Origin: Candidatus Micrarchaeota archaeon
GTDB lineage: Archaea > Micrarchaeota > Micrarchaeia > Anstonellales > Bilamarchaeaceae
NCBI GenBank assembly: GCA_038046805.1
Contig: JBBSVO010000003.1
Span: 19,878-83,877, forward strand
Length of the DNA stretch: 64,000 nucleotides
Reading direction: 5' to 3'
How positions within the stretch are numbered: the first letter of the stretch is position 1; every line of letters starts with the position of its first letter. The notes beneath the pieces were generated by a model that was not told where the DNA came from, made no database searches, and saw only the letters and a program-made list of their open reading frames with translations. Positions 1 through 10,056 of this stretch are shown here, piece after piece. A program made the translations under genes and the position numbers.

Positions 1-72
1 GGGCTTGCTGCGCTTCGCCTTCGGCTCGCGCGACACACAATTGGTTTTATCTCAGGTTGTGCAACAGCCTCG

Positions 73-633
73 TTAGAGCACCGCGCTAAGCTCTTTCACC
101 GCCTCATCCGCCTTTCCATTCCTGTTCACGATTATCTTGACAGGCGCACCTGACAGGGCGGAATATGCAGCGATAAGCATTCTGTTGTGCTGGTCGTGTG
201 CCATGATTTCGTCTTTGTTTGCCGCGCGTGCACGGGACGGGTCATTTGAGCGTCGTGCGGCTATCTCTTCAATATCTCCGGTAATTAGAACAAGCATATC
301 AACACTCAAGCCCTTCAACAAGCTGTACGGAAGCCCGGGAAGATAAAATCCTTTCTGCGGATTAAGAACAGAACAATGAGTATCAAGAATTACTTTTCCT
401 TTTTCCTTCGCAAGACGCTTTCCCACTGCTGCCTGCACAGCCTTTTGCTGTTTCGCGTCCAGCGTCCTGATTTGGTCGCGGTTCTCTATCTTGAATTTCT
501 CCCGCGCGATTTCGAACATAAGCGTTCCGTAATTCAAATGAGTATATTCTGGATGCAATTTCTTTGCTCCATCCAAAACAGTTGTTTTTCCAGCACCAGG
601 CAAACCCATTATGATAATCATCATTTCACCCAC
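73..633 (-). CDS. adk: Adenylate kinase (archaeal type)
   Basis: P-loop GLPGAGKTT and LDTH motif; directly follows secY as in archaeal spc operons. Confidence 0.9.
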   Translation of the reverse strand: MGEMMIIIMGLPGAGKTTVLDGAKKLHPEYTHLNYGTLMFEIAREKFKIENRDQIRTLDAKQQKAVQAAVGKRLAKEKGKVILDTHCSVLNPQKGFYLPGLPYSLLKGLSVDMLVLITGDIEEIAARRSNDPSRARAANKDEIMAHDQHNRMLIAAYSALSGAPVKIIVNRNGKADEAVKELSAVL

Positions 634-658
634 TATCGCTACCGCTACGCAGATTAGA

Positions 659-2068
659 TTAAAATATTTTCCCTAGGCTTGGATACAAATCAAACATTTT
701 CATTTGCTCCATCTGCTCATAAACACGATAGAGAATACCTACTGTAAGCAGAATTCCTGTTCCGGTACCAAGTGCGCCAGTGAGGTCCGCAAGCCCTGCA
801 AGAAGACCTACGCTAAACGAACCAAGAACAGTAAGCGGAAGAATATGCTTATTCAAAATTCCTTCAAGCATTCTCGGATCGCGCCTAAACCCTGGAATCT
901 GAAGTCCAGAATTTCCAAGCTGGCCAGCAACACTTCGCGCATCCATGTTAGATGTTTCAACCCAGAATAAACCGAATAGGATTGAAACAACAGAAAGGAA
1001 CAGAATATAAATGGCGGCATGGGCCCATTCAGGAATTCCGAATATTGGCGTGACCGCACTTGTAAGAAGATTCCAGTGGGCAACAGTTCCCCGCCCTGCA
1101 TAAACAGGAGTGAGAAGATACAAAAGGCCGTCGCGAAGCTGATTAGAAGAATCAACAAAACCTATCGCTTTTATGATATCAAATCCTCCAATTTCAAGAC
1201 TTTTTCCGGCAAGCATGGTGGCAAAAAGCTGGACGTTTAGCAATAATGCACTTGCAAATATAACCGGGATATTGGACACATAAAAGAATTTGAGCGGAAG
1301 TTTCGGAGACATTCCACGAACTTGCTCAAAGGCAATGGGAATTTCAACCTTTATCCCCTCTGCGTAAACCACGATCAGGAATACTAAAATGGTGAAGATA
1401 AATGGTAATAGAACCAGAAGTGCACCGGGGATTGCTTCTGCACCCCCAGTTGCCATAACTTCAACCACTCCGCCCGCCCCACCTATAAGATTCATCAGCC
1501 CGCCGATTACTGCCACTGAAACACCGGCAGCTATAAACAGGCTTATACCGCTTCCAATACCGTATTTGGAAACGATTTCATCAAGATACTGTAAAATAAT
1601 CGAACCCAAAGCAATCTGGAATACAACTATAAGAGGAGTAAACCCTCCAACAACCGGTACAAGGAAAACCCTGCTTGTAAACACGAAAATTGCCGCTTCC
1701 ACTAGTGCAAGAATTATGGCCAGCACCTTTTGCGCCTCGTGGAATTTCTTCCTGTCGTTCTTATCCTGAAGATTAAGATTTATGAGTTTTGCACCCACAA
1801 AAAGCTGAAGAAAAATTGATGCCAAAACAATGGGCCCGATACCTGCTGTAAGAAGACTTCCTATCTTTGAAGCAGTAATAGTCTGAAGGAAATCGATTGA
1901 TTCAAATTTTGAGCTGACACCGATAACAGTAACATGATACATGATGAAGAAAATGATAAGTGTTATTGCAGTCCATGTAAGACGCTCATTTGTTGAAGGC
2001 GGCCTCTCAGGAGGCTTGATCGTTGGAAGCATTTTCGAGACTGACGACAGAATATCAATAACGCCCAT
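659..2068 (-). CDS. secY: Preprotein translocase SecY/Sec61alpha
   Basis: About 10 TM helices; GIGPIVLASI, YGIGSGISLFIA and IPGFRRD motifs. Confidence 0.97.
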   Translation of the reverse strand: MGVIDILSSVSKMLPTIKPPERPPSTNERLTWTAITLIIFFIMYHVTVIGVSSKFESIDFLQTITASKIGSLLTAGIGPIVLASIFLQLFVGAKLINLNLQDKNDRKKFHEAQKVLAIILALVEAAIFVFTSRVFLVPVVGGFTPLIVVFQIALGSIILQYLDEIVSKYGIGSGISLFIAAGVSVAVIGGLMNLIGGAGGVVEVMATGGAEAIPGALLVLLPFIFTILVFLIVVYAEGIKVEIPIAFEQVRGMSPKLPLKFFYVSNIPVIFASALLLNVQLFATMLAGKSLEIGGFDIIKAIGFVDSSNQLRDGLLYLLTPVYAGRGTVAHWNLLTSAVTPIFGIPEWAHAAIYILFLSVVSILFGLFWVETSNMDARSVAGQLGNSGLQIPGFRRDPRMLEGILNKHILPLTVLGSFSVGLLAGLADLTGALGTGTGILLTVGILYRVYEQMEQMKMFDLYPSLGKIF

Positions 2069-2199
2069 AATACAACCTCTAATGCATTAATCAGTGGAAG
2101 AATTACAGTGGGTTTGTTTTTAAATATTGGCCCCGGAAATAAGAAACTCAAAAGACCATAAAAGTAAACTTTAAATAAGGATCGCAACAGAATAAATCC

Positions 2200-3561
2200 A
2201 TGATGAGACTGCGTGATAGTGCCTCCAGCAGATCAAATGCAAAAAGCAGGAATGCAAGAATATCCATATTTGTTTTAGCCGCGATTTCTGTTTCTGGTAT
2301 AGTGTATACTGTTCAAAAAAGCGAATTGAGGACTAGAGAGGTTTATTTAGTGCAAGAAATCAAAAACGAGGTAGATGGAACAGGGGTTAACATAACAGAT
2401 GAACAGAAAAAAAGAGCGCACGATGAATGGGCTGCGCTAGCAGATTCTTTGACAAACAACGACTTGCTATTGGAGAAACCGCATTTGGATATTAGCAAAC
2501 CAAATTTTATAGGAGATGACGTACTTGAAAGAGCAAAAAAAGATAAAAAATTGGAACACGATATAGCGAAATTTCTTGAAATCAGAGAGGCAGCACTAAA
2601 TGAACAAAGTGAAGCTAAAGCAGAAGGTCACTTAATATGGCATATTAAACGGTCTATAGTCGCCATGAAGGAAGCAAGAGAGATATATAAAGAAAAACAA
2701 GAATTACCTAAAACTGTCCTGCTTATCGGAGGGATACTATTCGTATGCCTTGAAGCTATCTATCAGCTAATTAAATTACCTGGAAGAATGCGCAACTTGT
2801 TTCAAAAGTTAAGCGGACAGATAAAGGGGTTTATACGAAGAAAAACCTGGATTCCATATATAGAACGAAGAGAAGAAGAGCGACAAAGAAGATTAGATGA
2901 AAAACGAAGACAACGAGAAGCTACAGGTAGTCAGACTCCATCGATTGACAACAAAACAGTAATGAAACGCGGAACAATTACTAGCCGAATGGAATTAGCC
3001 GAACCCGCAAGAGAGGTATTATCTGAAAAGATAGGAGACAGAGCATGTGAAATAATATTAGAGGTACTCGGGGATAAGATATCCTCAAGAGTAATGAGAG
3101 GGATTATAAGTGGGAATTATCATGGCTTAATTTCAATTTTAAGAAACTCGAGGATGGCACTTGAGGCACACGAATTCAGAGTTGATGAGGTTATAACCCT
3201 ACTTAGAGGAGAAACCGGTGCCAGCAGTCCGACTAAAGAAATTGACACAATTCCTGCACCAACCAGAAAAAAGCATCCATTGGACGACGCTGAAAGATGG
3301 GGTTGGAGACCTGCGGCTTTTCACCGGTTGCTAATTAGATATGGCTTTGATACAAGCGAACCGACAGGTGGAGGCCATTTCTTTGTGAAATTCGAAGGTG
3401 AAAAAGTAAGAGAACTTGATGGAAGGGCTGTTTTAGTTACAAGCAGAAGCTCAACAAAAGAAGTGACACCAGGTTTAGCGGGTAATATCTTAAAAGCATG
3501 TGCAGATTTTCTAGTTGCAAAAGATACGAAAGAAAGAAGAACTGACATCTCAAAACACTAA
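2200..3561 (+). CDS. Two-TM membrane protein with a coiled coil and a C-terminal HicA-like domain
   Basis: Hydrophobic segments at aa ~21-38 and ~172-191; C-terminal FHRLLIRYGF..GGGH..VLV..KEVTPGLAGNILK matches the HicA pattern. Confidence 0.6.
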   Translation: MMRLRDSASSRSNAKSRNARISIFVLAAISVSGIVYTVQKSELRTREVYLVQEIKNEVDGTGVNITDEQKKRAHDEWAALADSLTNNDLLLEKPHLDISKPNFIGDDVLERAKKDKKLEHDIAKFLEIREAALNEQSEAKAEGHLIWHIKRSIVAMKEAREIYKEKQELPKTVLLIGGILFVCLEAIYQLIKLPGRMRNLFQKLSGQIKGFIRRKTWIPYIERREEERQRRLDEKRRQREATGSQTPSIDNKTVMKRGTITSRMELAEPAREVLSEKIGDRACEIILEVLGDKISSRVMRGIISGNYHGLISILRNSRMALEAHEFRVDEVITLLRGETGASSPTKEIDTIPAPTRKKHPLDDAERWGWRPAAFHRLLIRYGFDTSEPTGGGHFFVKFEGEKVRELDGRAVLVTSRSSTKEVTPGLAGNILKACADFLVAKDTKERRTDISKH

Positions 3562-3592
3562 ACTGGAAACCACCTTGTGCTTCTTCGTTCCC

Positions 3593-4015
3593 TTATGCAA
3601 TCTTGCTTATCTCCCCGCCCATTTTCTTGACTTTTTCCTCGCAGTTTTTACTCCAGGCTAAAGCCTTGATTATTACTGCGTGATTTATCTTTCCAGTGGA
3701 GAGAACCTTTCCTTCAAATGAAAATGCGAATTTTCCGTCCTTTTTCTCCAATTGACCAAGAACTATTTTTCTGTCAATATCGTAAAGATGAACCACTGGC
3801 ACTTTTGTGCATACTCCCTGGGGTCTGTGGAATCCGAATTTTCCGAAATAATCTGGATCATAGACAGTTATCCATGAGAATTTGTGCTTGTGTAAACCGG
3901 CATTTCCTCTGCCTCCACGGTTACCGCTTCCTCTGCGGTTCTTTACGTTTCCGCGGCCAAAAAACCTGTTGCCGAGCTGTTTACATTTTTTAGTTGGTTT
4001 TCTTCTTGAGGCCAT
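3593..4015 (-). CDS. rpl15: Ribosomal protein uL15
   Basis: RGSGNRGGRGNAGLHKHK and YFGKFGF motifs; operon position. Confidence 0.95.
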   Translation of the reverse strand: MASRRKPTKKCKQLGNRFFGRGNVKNRRGSGNRGGRGNAGLHKHKFSWITVYDPDYFGKFGFHRPQGVCTKVPVVHLYDIDRKIVLGQLEKKDGKFAFSFEGKVLSTGKINHAVIIKALAWSKNCEEKVKKMGGEISKIA

Positions 4016-4038
4016 AAGTATTCACCTTGAGACTAATT

Positions 4039-4488
4039 TTACATCATACTTTTGAGCAAAACATCCATATTTGGTCTTTTTCCCAGATCCCCGAAGGGAT
4101 ATGTAAGCTTTAGATTTTTCCACCCTTTTCTGGGAGGATGAAGCCTGAAAACAGGATTGGCAAAATCTCTTACTTTCTTCTTCTCGCCAAAAACATCCTT
4201 TGCAAAAGAGTGGATTTCTCCTTCCTTGTGAAGCGCGCTTAGTTTCGCAGAACCTTTTGTCCCGCGCTTTACAAACAATGCGCCCAAGGCTTTTTCGGAA
4301 ACTTCTCCGAATGCAATGTAATCCCTTACAATGTTTAGCATGCCCATAAGTTGCGGACTCATGTGAAAGACCACGCAGTGATTTGGCTTGTTAAGCATAA
4401 GCAGCTCGAAAGTCTTTCTTAGTTTCGGCTTTACACTACGGATTCCGCGAACGCGGACGATTGCAAAGAGTTTTCGGTCATTTTCCAT
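4039..4488 (-). CDS. rpl30: Ribosomal protein uL30
   Basis: AIVRVRG and FRLHPPRKG motifs; start placed at MENDRK. Confidence 0.95.
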   Translation of the reverse strand: MENDRKLFAIVRVRGIRSVKPKLRKTFELLMLNKPNHCVVFHMSPQLMGMLNIVRDYIAFGEVSEKALGALFVKRGTKGSAKLSALHKEGEIHSFAKDVFGEKKKVRDFANPVFRLHPPRKGWKNLKLTYPFGDLGKRPNMDVLLKSMM

Positions 4489-4509
4489 GAGTAACACATC
4501 CTATGATAA

Positions 4510-5136
4510 TCAATTTGCCCTTGGCTTAAGCCTGTTGATATTGTCGAGAGCCTTCATTGTTGCCATTGCCATGTTGAAGACATTTTTTCCGCCGCTGGCA
4601 GCGCTCCAGATATCCTTTACTCCTGCCATGCCCAACACAGTGCGGACAATCTTGTTGCCTGCAAGACCAAGTCCTCTTGGAGCAGGCTTTAACGTGATAA
4701 TTGTACTCCCCTCTTTCCCGATAGTTTTCTGAGGAATTGAATGCTTGTGCGTACACTTGCACTCCCAACTTCCGCATCCAGAACCTATTGAAATCATGCT
4801 TCGCTTTGCATTCCTGGTAGAATATTCCATTGCCGGCTTCATTTCAGAGCTTTTTCCAACTCCGATACCGATATGGCCATTCTTGTCTCCAACAACAGTA
4901 ACCACACGGAACTGGGTTCGTTTACCTGAGTCAGTTACACGCTGTGTGCTGCAAACAGAGATGGTTTCAGATTCTATATTAGGAAGAATAACATCTATGA
5001 TCTCTGGTTCAAGAATCGGCTTTCCTAAGTCGGCAATCTGCTCAAGAGTAGTTATTTCGCCATTCTTGACTCGTCTTCCGATTTCGGTTTTCGGATACCA
5101 ACCTTCCTTGTCAATCACTTTCAGTTTTTCAGACAT
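4510..5136 (-). CDS. rps5: Ribosomal protein uS5
   Basis: WYPKTEIGRRV, QRVTDSGKR and LKPAPRGLGL motifs. Confidence 0.96.
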   Translation of the reverse strand: MSEKLKVIDKEGWYPKTEIGRRVKNGEITTLEQIADLGKPILEPEIIDVILPNIESETISVCSTQRVTDSGKRTQFRVVTVVGDKNGHIGIGVGKSSEMKPAMEYSTRNAKRSMISIGSGCGSWECKCTHKHSIPQKTIGKEGSTIITLKPAPRGLGLAGNKIVRTVLGMAGVKDIWSAASGGKNVFNMAMATMKALDNINRLKPRAN

Positions 5137-5166
5137 GAGAAACACCAATACATTCGTCAATCATAA

Positions 5167-5661
5167 TTATGATGCAAATTTCTTTTTTGCGGATTCGAAT
5201 TCGGATTTCAATTTATCCGGAACCGCACTAAGTTTCGGAATTTCAAGCACGCCCTCACCAACTTGGGCGGAAAGCCCGGCATCAACAACACCTTTAAGCG
5301 CCGAGAGCAGAATACCTCCCTTCGTAGGAAGTGCAAGACCAAAATCAACTACGAATTCAGTTATGTTTTTCTTTTTTGCCTCTTTTCCGGCATAAAGACC
5401 CGCAAGATATGCAGTATAAACATTTCTCTTTGAAGACCAACCCGCTAGTTTTTTCAGCTGAGTTGGACCCACAGCTACGAGAGTTTTGTCACCATTTGGC
5501 TCAAATGCAACAAACTGAACAATAATACCAGAATTACTTCTTCGCACTACCAAACGAGTCTTCCCGCTTTTAACGAGTGCAAGCCTTTTTGCGTAATTGG
5601 TTTTCCCTTCGCGTCTTCTTCGAAAGAGAATCGAGTAAGTTGGTCCTTTTGCCCTAGCCAT
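5167..5661 (-). CDS. rpl18: Ribosomal protein uL18
   Basis: FRRRREGKTNYAKRLAL and AYLAG motifs. Confidence 0.96.
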   Translation of the reverse strand: MARAKGPTYSILFRRRREGKTNYAKRLALVKSGKTRLVVRRSNSGIIVQFVAFEPNGDKTLVAVGPTQLKKLAGWSSKRNVYTAYLAGLYAGKEAKKKNITEFVVDFGLALPTKGGILLSALKGVVDAGLSAQVGEGVLEIPKLSAVPDKLKSEFESAKKKFAS

Positions 5662-5673
5662 ATGTATCACACA

Positions 5674-6210
5674 TCATTCTTTCTTTTTTGTTTCGGGTTT
5701 AGCGACCGGGGCCTTAATTGCTTTTGGTTTTGACCCAGGTGTTTTTTGTTTCAAAATGCGTGGTTTGGATTCCGGATAGGTATCCTTGCCAGCATTCAAC
5801 AACCCGTTTTCCTTTAGGAATAAGAAAAGTGCTTTCTTGCTTCTAAACATCCCGCTTTTTATCTTCATGTAAATCTGGCGTTTCTCTTCGTTTTTAAGTG
5901 CGCCGCTTTCAAGGATTTCTCTCCAGAACTTTCTCTGGGAACGCACGCGCTGCATCCAGGCTTTTTTTTCAGGAGCACGGGAATTTGCAGTTCCTTTCCT
6001 GCTTCCCCTTCCACGCCTGCTTCGGTCTGCTTTACTTCGAACTCCTTTCAAAGGAAGAATATAGAGAACTTTATCGCGTATCAGATTTTTCACATCCGCA
6101 CGGGTAAGAGCCTCTGCAGCCCTACCCAGTCCATCTGCACTTATGCGAATTCGGCTTTTCCCGATTCCGAGAATATCAGATGCAAGTCTGCGAACTGTGG
6201 AAAATGTCAT
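5674..6210 (-). CDS. rpl19e: Ribosomal protein eL19
   Basis: RRLASDILGIGKSRI and RRGRGSRKGTANSR motifs; Lys-rich C-terminal tail. Confidence 0.95.
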   Translation of the reverse strand: MTFSTVRRLASDILGIGKSRIRISADGLGRAAEALTRADVKNLIRDKVLYILPLKGVRSKADRSRRGRGSRKGTANSRAPEKKAWMQRVRSQRKFWREILESGALKNEEKRQIYMKIKSGMFRSKKALFLFLKENGLLNAGKDTYPESKPRILKQKTPGSKPKAIKAPVAKPETKKKE

Positions 6211-6710
6211 TGTGAAACAACTCCCTTTGCAACCGGTTTAACCGGCGCCACCTTTTCATCTTTTTTTTCATTTTTCTTTTCCTTTTTCGATTCTGCCGAA
6301 GCAGATTTTACATCCTTTTTTCCTGTTTTTTCAGATTCCTTTTTTTTCATTTCCGCAATGTTTTGTTCGGATTTGAAATTAAGGAGTGTGAGCTTCATTT
6401 CGCCTGCCTTTTTTGCAATTTCGGCGCGCTTCTTTCCGCCAACGCCAGCAGCTATTCTAACCAGAATATCCTTCAGGTTTGCAAGCTCATGGACATTATG
6501 AACAAGAATCTCTTTCATCCCACGTGGATGAAGGAAACGCAGGCTTTCTGTGTTTTTATATCCAACACGGGGAGATGCACCAGTGTGATATAGTCTCACG
6601 CGTTTTTTGTTGTCAATACCTTTTGGCTTTCTCCACCTTCCTTTTACACTTCGCATGTAGAAGGCGTTAAGCACATTGAATTTTGGTTTTCTTTTCTTTG
6701 TCAAAGACAT
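6207..6710 (-). CDS. rpl32e: Ribosomal protein eL32
   Basis: WRKPKGIDNK, GYKN and HPRG motifs; C-terminal K/E-rich extension. Confidence 0.95.
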   Translation of the reverse strand: MSLTKKRKPKFNVLNAFYMRSVKGRWRKPKGIDNKKRVRLYHTGASPRVGYKNTESLRFLHPRGMKEILVHNVHELANLKDILVRIAAGVGGKKRAEIAKKAGEMKLTLLNFKSEQNIAEMKKKESEKTGKKDVKSASAESKKEKKNEKKDEKVAPVKPVAKGVVSQ

Positions 6711-6742
6711 AAACATCACACAGTAGTTTAACATATTTTAGT

Positions 6743-7225
6743 TCATTGCACCTTGTAAAGACCATCTTGGAATGTTCTTGAATCCTTGTTGCGTATCTTC
6801 AATCTTAAGCGCATATTAGCAAAGGTCTGCGTAACTGCCTCTTTGTCAGGCCCAGATAATTTAACATCCTGACCTTTGATTTCGATTTTGGTAGCCCCAA
6901 CAATCTTTCCCTTGCGCGGGGTTTTTTCCCCAAGGAAGTTCTTGACTAGAAATTCCTTGCCTTTTATCTCAACCGTGAATGGGAAATGTGCAAACACTGA
7001 CTTAAGTGAAATGGAATACCCCTCACTCGCTCCTTTCAGCATATTCGCAACATGAGCACTGAACGTGTTCACAAGCATCTTGCTCTCTCCGGAAACCTCA
7101 ACTTCTTTTCCATTGACTTTCACAGATACATCTGAATGGATGGATTTGACTATCTCTCCACAAGGTCCCTTCACCTTCAGCGAAGAGCCGGAAACATCAA
7201 CGGAAACTTTATCTGGAATCTGCAT
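6743..7225 (-). CDS. rpl6: Ribosomal protein uL6
   Basis: VKGPCG, AHFP, NFLGEK and FQDGLY motifs; start at MQIPDK. Confidence 0.95.
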   Translation of the reverse strand: MQIPDKVSVDVSGSSLKVKGPCGEIVKSIHSDVSVKVNGKEVEVSGESKMLVNTFSAHVANMLKGASEGYSISLKSVFAHFPFTVEIKGKEFLVKNFLGEKTPRKGKIVGATKIEIKGQDVKLSGPDKEAVTQTFANMRLRLKIRNKDSRTFQDGLYKVQ

Positions 7226-7244
7226 AAATATCACGCGTGTAACT

Positions 7245-7628
7245 TCAGTAAATATAGGCCAAAAGCCTTCCACCAATGTGCTTTTTTTCAGCATCGGAAT
7301 TTGTCATTATACCAGCATTTGTTGAAACTATGAGCAGGCCTACGCCGACACCAGGAATATATTTCTGCTCTGCGACATACCACTCGCTTTTCTTGACAGG
7401 AAATCTTGGTTTTATAACGCCGCAGTTGTTTATTCTACCGTCAAGATGAACACCGAATTTTCCGCCCCTCTGATCATCCAAAAAATCATAGTCTCTTAGA
7501 TAACCATGTGTCTTGAATATCTCCAAGATGGAACGTGTAAGCTTGGTTGCTTTAACAGTGCATTCTCTCTGCCCAAGCATCTCGTGTGTTTTCAATGTAT
7601 TAAGCATGTCTGCAATATGATCTACCAT
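7245..7628 (-). CDS. rps8: Ribosomal protein uS8
   Basis: CGVIKPRF and IVSTNAGIMT..GGRLLAY motifs. Confidence 0.96.
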   Translation of the reverse strand: MVDHIADMLNTLKTHEMLGQRECTVKATKLTRSILEIFKTHGYLRDYDFLDDQRGGKFGVHLDGRINNCGVIKPRFPVKKSEWYVAEQKYIPGVGVGLLIVSTNAGIMTNSDAEKKHIGGRLLAYIY

Positions 7629-7649
7629 ATTTTCACCATTATCTTTGAT

Positions 7650-7811
7650 TTATCCTCCATATTTCCTGAAGCCGATGTCGGTTGCAATTTCCCTAAAGCA
7701 TCTTCTGCACACCCCTAGATGATATTTTCTTATCATCCCGCGGGCATTTCCGCAGATGCGGCACTTTCGGTTTCCTTTTCCTTTGAAACGGTCTTCAAGA
7801 GAAACTTTCAT
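7650..7811 (-). CDS. rps14: Ribosomal protein uS14 (Zn-binding; missed by ORF track)
   Basis: Hand translation [53 protein letters not shown]; lies between rpl5 and rps8. Confidence 0.95.
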   Translation of the reverse strand: MKVSLEDRFKGKGNRKCRICGNARGMIRKYHLGVCRRCFREIATDIGFRKYGG

Positions 7812-7877
7812 ATAATCATAACCTCATATAAACAACTTCATATTGATTTCATATCAGCTTCAGATGTATCATAAGCA

Positions 7878-8423
7878 TTATTCTTCTGCGAACTTTACCC
7901 CAAGTACGGATTTCGCAAATTCCTGCGCGTCATCACGACTAATTCTGTGTGACTTTCCTATTTTAGAGGTCCGAAATCGGCGTTCTTTCACACGACTTCC
8001 ACGCCTTCTGAGAGTTACGCAAACATTAAAACCAAACATTCCTATTTTCGGGTCGTATTTTGCCCCAGGAAAATCAATGTACTCTGCAATTCCAAATGAA
8101 AAATTCCCAGTCGCATCAAAGTTTGAAAGAAGAAGGAATTTCTTTTTTGCTGAAAGTGCCTTGTCGAGAAAAGTTCTTGCAGCTGTGGAACGTAAAGTAA
8201 CCTTCGTGCCTATCGGAAGGCCAACCCTCAGTTTAAATACTGGGTTTCTTGTTCTGGCCTTTGTTTCAACAGGGGTTCGGTTCCCGCTCAGCTTGCTCAA
8301 AAGCTCTTTGGCATAATCAAGCCTTTCGCCCGGAGAGCCAACCCCGATATTAACCGTGACTTTGTCTATCAATATTTCCCGCATCGGGTTTGAATTTCCG
8401 GTTGAAATGGAATTTTCGCTCAT
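7878..8423 (-). CDS. rpl5: Ribosomal protein uL5
   Basis: KVTVNIGVG, PIGTKVTLR, GNFSFGI and IGMFG motifs. Confidence 0.96.
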   Translation of the reverse strand: MSENSISTGNSNPMREILIDKVTVNIGVGSPGERLDYAKELLSKLSGNRTPVETKARTRNPVFKLRVGLPIGTKVTLRSTAARTFLDKALSAKKKFLLLSNFDATGNFSFGIAEYIDFPGAKYDPKIGMFGFNVCVTLRRRGSRVKERRFRTSKIGKSHRISRDDAQEFAKSVLGVKFAEE

Positions 8424-8425
8424 TT

Positions 8426-9151
8426 TTATTCCTCCTTATGACCTGATTCCTTTATAGTTTCATCAACAACGAAAAGATATCTTGCAACTGTAATGAAGTC
8501 CCCGCTTTTTGCGCTCATTCGAACTTCTGGAGCAGAACCTGCCTTTTTATTAAGAAACTCATCGAGTTTTGCAATTGTTCCTGCGTGTGCACCTTCACGT
8601 ACAAGACATCTTGCACCTTTCTCAAGACGAAGTACACCACTCTGTTTGCCAGAAGGCAAACCTACGATAACGCTGTCACCTACATGGACGTTATTATCGC
8701 CAAGTAAATATCTTCCATCATGGAATGAAAGCGCGATTTTTCCTTTTGGAGCAGTTGTTTTTCCTGTGACCTTTAGAATTTTTCTAGTAGCTTCATCCTT
8801 TGAAATTTCAATAGGTACAAGTCTTCCTTTGTAATCAAGTACGATTCTGTAATATTTTTCTAGTGACGGAAAACTTACCACATCCATGAAACCAATAGGG
8901 AATTTTTCAGAAACGCGTGACACACCATCAACATAAACAAGTCTTTTTGAAAGAACTTTCTTTACATCAGCAGAGGTTCTTGCAACCTTAAGAATATCTC
9001 TTAGAAACACTGTGATAGACATTGAATGCAGACCAGAATGCGGTCCTGGCTCTGCTTTCATAATCCATGTATGCGCCTTCTTGTCTGTAATTGGTATAGC
9101 TTTTGGAGCTGCAAGCCTTTTCATATGAAACGAGCGTCCTTTCTTTGACAT
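8426..9151 (-). CDS. rps4e: Ribosomal protein eS4
   Basis: HMKRLAAP, PGPH and FPIGFMDVV motifs. Confidence 0.96.
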   Translation of the reverse strand: MSKKGRSFHMKRLAAPKAIPITDKKAHTWIMKAEPGPHSGLHSMSITVFLRDILKVARTSADVKKVLSKRLVYVDGVSRVSEKFPIGFMDVVSFPSLEKYYRIVLDYKGRLVPIEISKDEATRKILKVTGKTTAPKGKIALSFHDGRYLLGDNNVHVGDSVIVGLPSGKQSGVLRLEKGARCLVREGAHAGTIAKLDEFLNKKAGSAPEVRMSAKSGDFITVARYLFVVDETIKESGHKEE

Positions 9152-9158
9152 AAAAACA

Positions 9159-9602
9159 TCACCCACTTGCCGAAGCCTTGGCTTCTGCAACTTTGGTTTC
9201 CTTAACTTCCTTAATTTCCTTAACTTCCTTGACTTCTTTAACTTCCTTGACTTCTTTAACTTCCTGGAAGAGTTCCTTTCGCGATTGGCTCATTTCCACT
9301 CCAACAAGCAAAAGATTTGATGGCTCGAATGGAACCGGAACTTCCTTTCCACGAAGGGTTTTTCTATTGAAACCTTCAATGAATATTTTGCATCTGATTG
9401 TATTAATGCTTGAAATCTTTCCGTTTTTTCCTTTGAATGAACCACGCATAACCTTTACGCTGTCACCTTTTCTTGCAAGAATGGACCTCTTTTTGGACTT
9501 CATGCTCTTGCGCAGTTCTTTTGCTATGTGAACGTGAAGAAAATCACGCTTTTTGTGCAATTTTGCGTGATATCTTTTTTTTCTTTCTGTATCGGGTTTC
9601 AT
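9159..9602 (-). CDS. rpl24: Ribosomal protein uL24 with an (EVK)n tail
   Basis: KGDSVKVMRGSFKG KOW motif and PSNL. Confidence 0.95.
   Translation of the reverse strand: MKPDTERKKRYHAKLHKKRDFLHVHIAKELRKSMKSKKRSILARKGDSVKVMRGSFKGKNGKISSINTIRCKIFIEGFNRKTLRGKEVPVPFEPSNLLLVGVEMSQSRKELFQEVKEVKEVKEVKEVKEIKEVKETKVAEAKASASG
9198..9264 (-). repeat. 9-bp coding tandem repeat (7 units) encoding EVK
   Basis: Units ttccttaac/ttccttgac/ttctttaac read directly from the sequence. Confidence 0.9.
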
Positions 9603-9628
9603 AAACGTCACCAATTATGGACATAACT

Positions 9629-10027
9629 TTATAGAATACCTGCAGATACTGCAGACACCTTTGGGAATCTTTCGTATATTTCCCTTGCAACAACACCTTT
9701 AACTTCTGTTCCAACCGGCAGGCCATCTTCAGTGATAAGCACTACGGCATTGTCTTCAAACATGATTCGCATTCCATTTGGCCTGCGGAATTCCTTTTTT
9801 TGTCTTATGATAACTGCTTTCACCACTTTTTTGATCATATCTGGATTTCCTTTTTTTACTGACGCAGTAACGACAGTACCGACCCCTGCACCAGCATTCC
9901 TTCTGCGGGTTCCTGCCATTCCCGGAATTCCGATTATGAAAATTTCCTTTGCCCCGCTGTTGTCCTGACATGCAACATATGAGCCAGTTGTCAACGCACG
10001 AGTTACGCTTGATGTGAGTCCTTTCAT
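9629..10027 (-). CDS. rpl14: Ribosomal protein uL14
   Basis: CQDNSGAK and RRPNGMRIMFEDNAVV motifs. Confidence 0.97.
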   Translation of the reverse strand: MKGLTSSVTRALTTGSYVACQDNSGAKEIFIIGIPGMAGTRRRNAGAGVGTVVTASVKKGNPDMIKKVVKAVIIRQKKEFRRPNGMRIMFEDNAVVLITEDGLPVGTEVKGVVAREIYERFPKVSAVSAGIL

Positions 10028-10056
10028 GAAAATATCACCAGTTTAATATATCTCAT

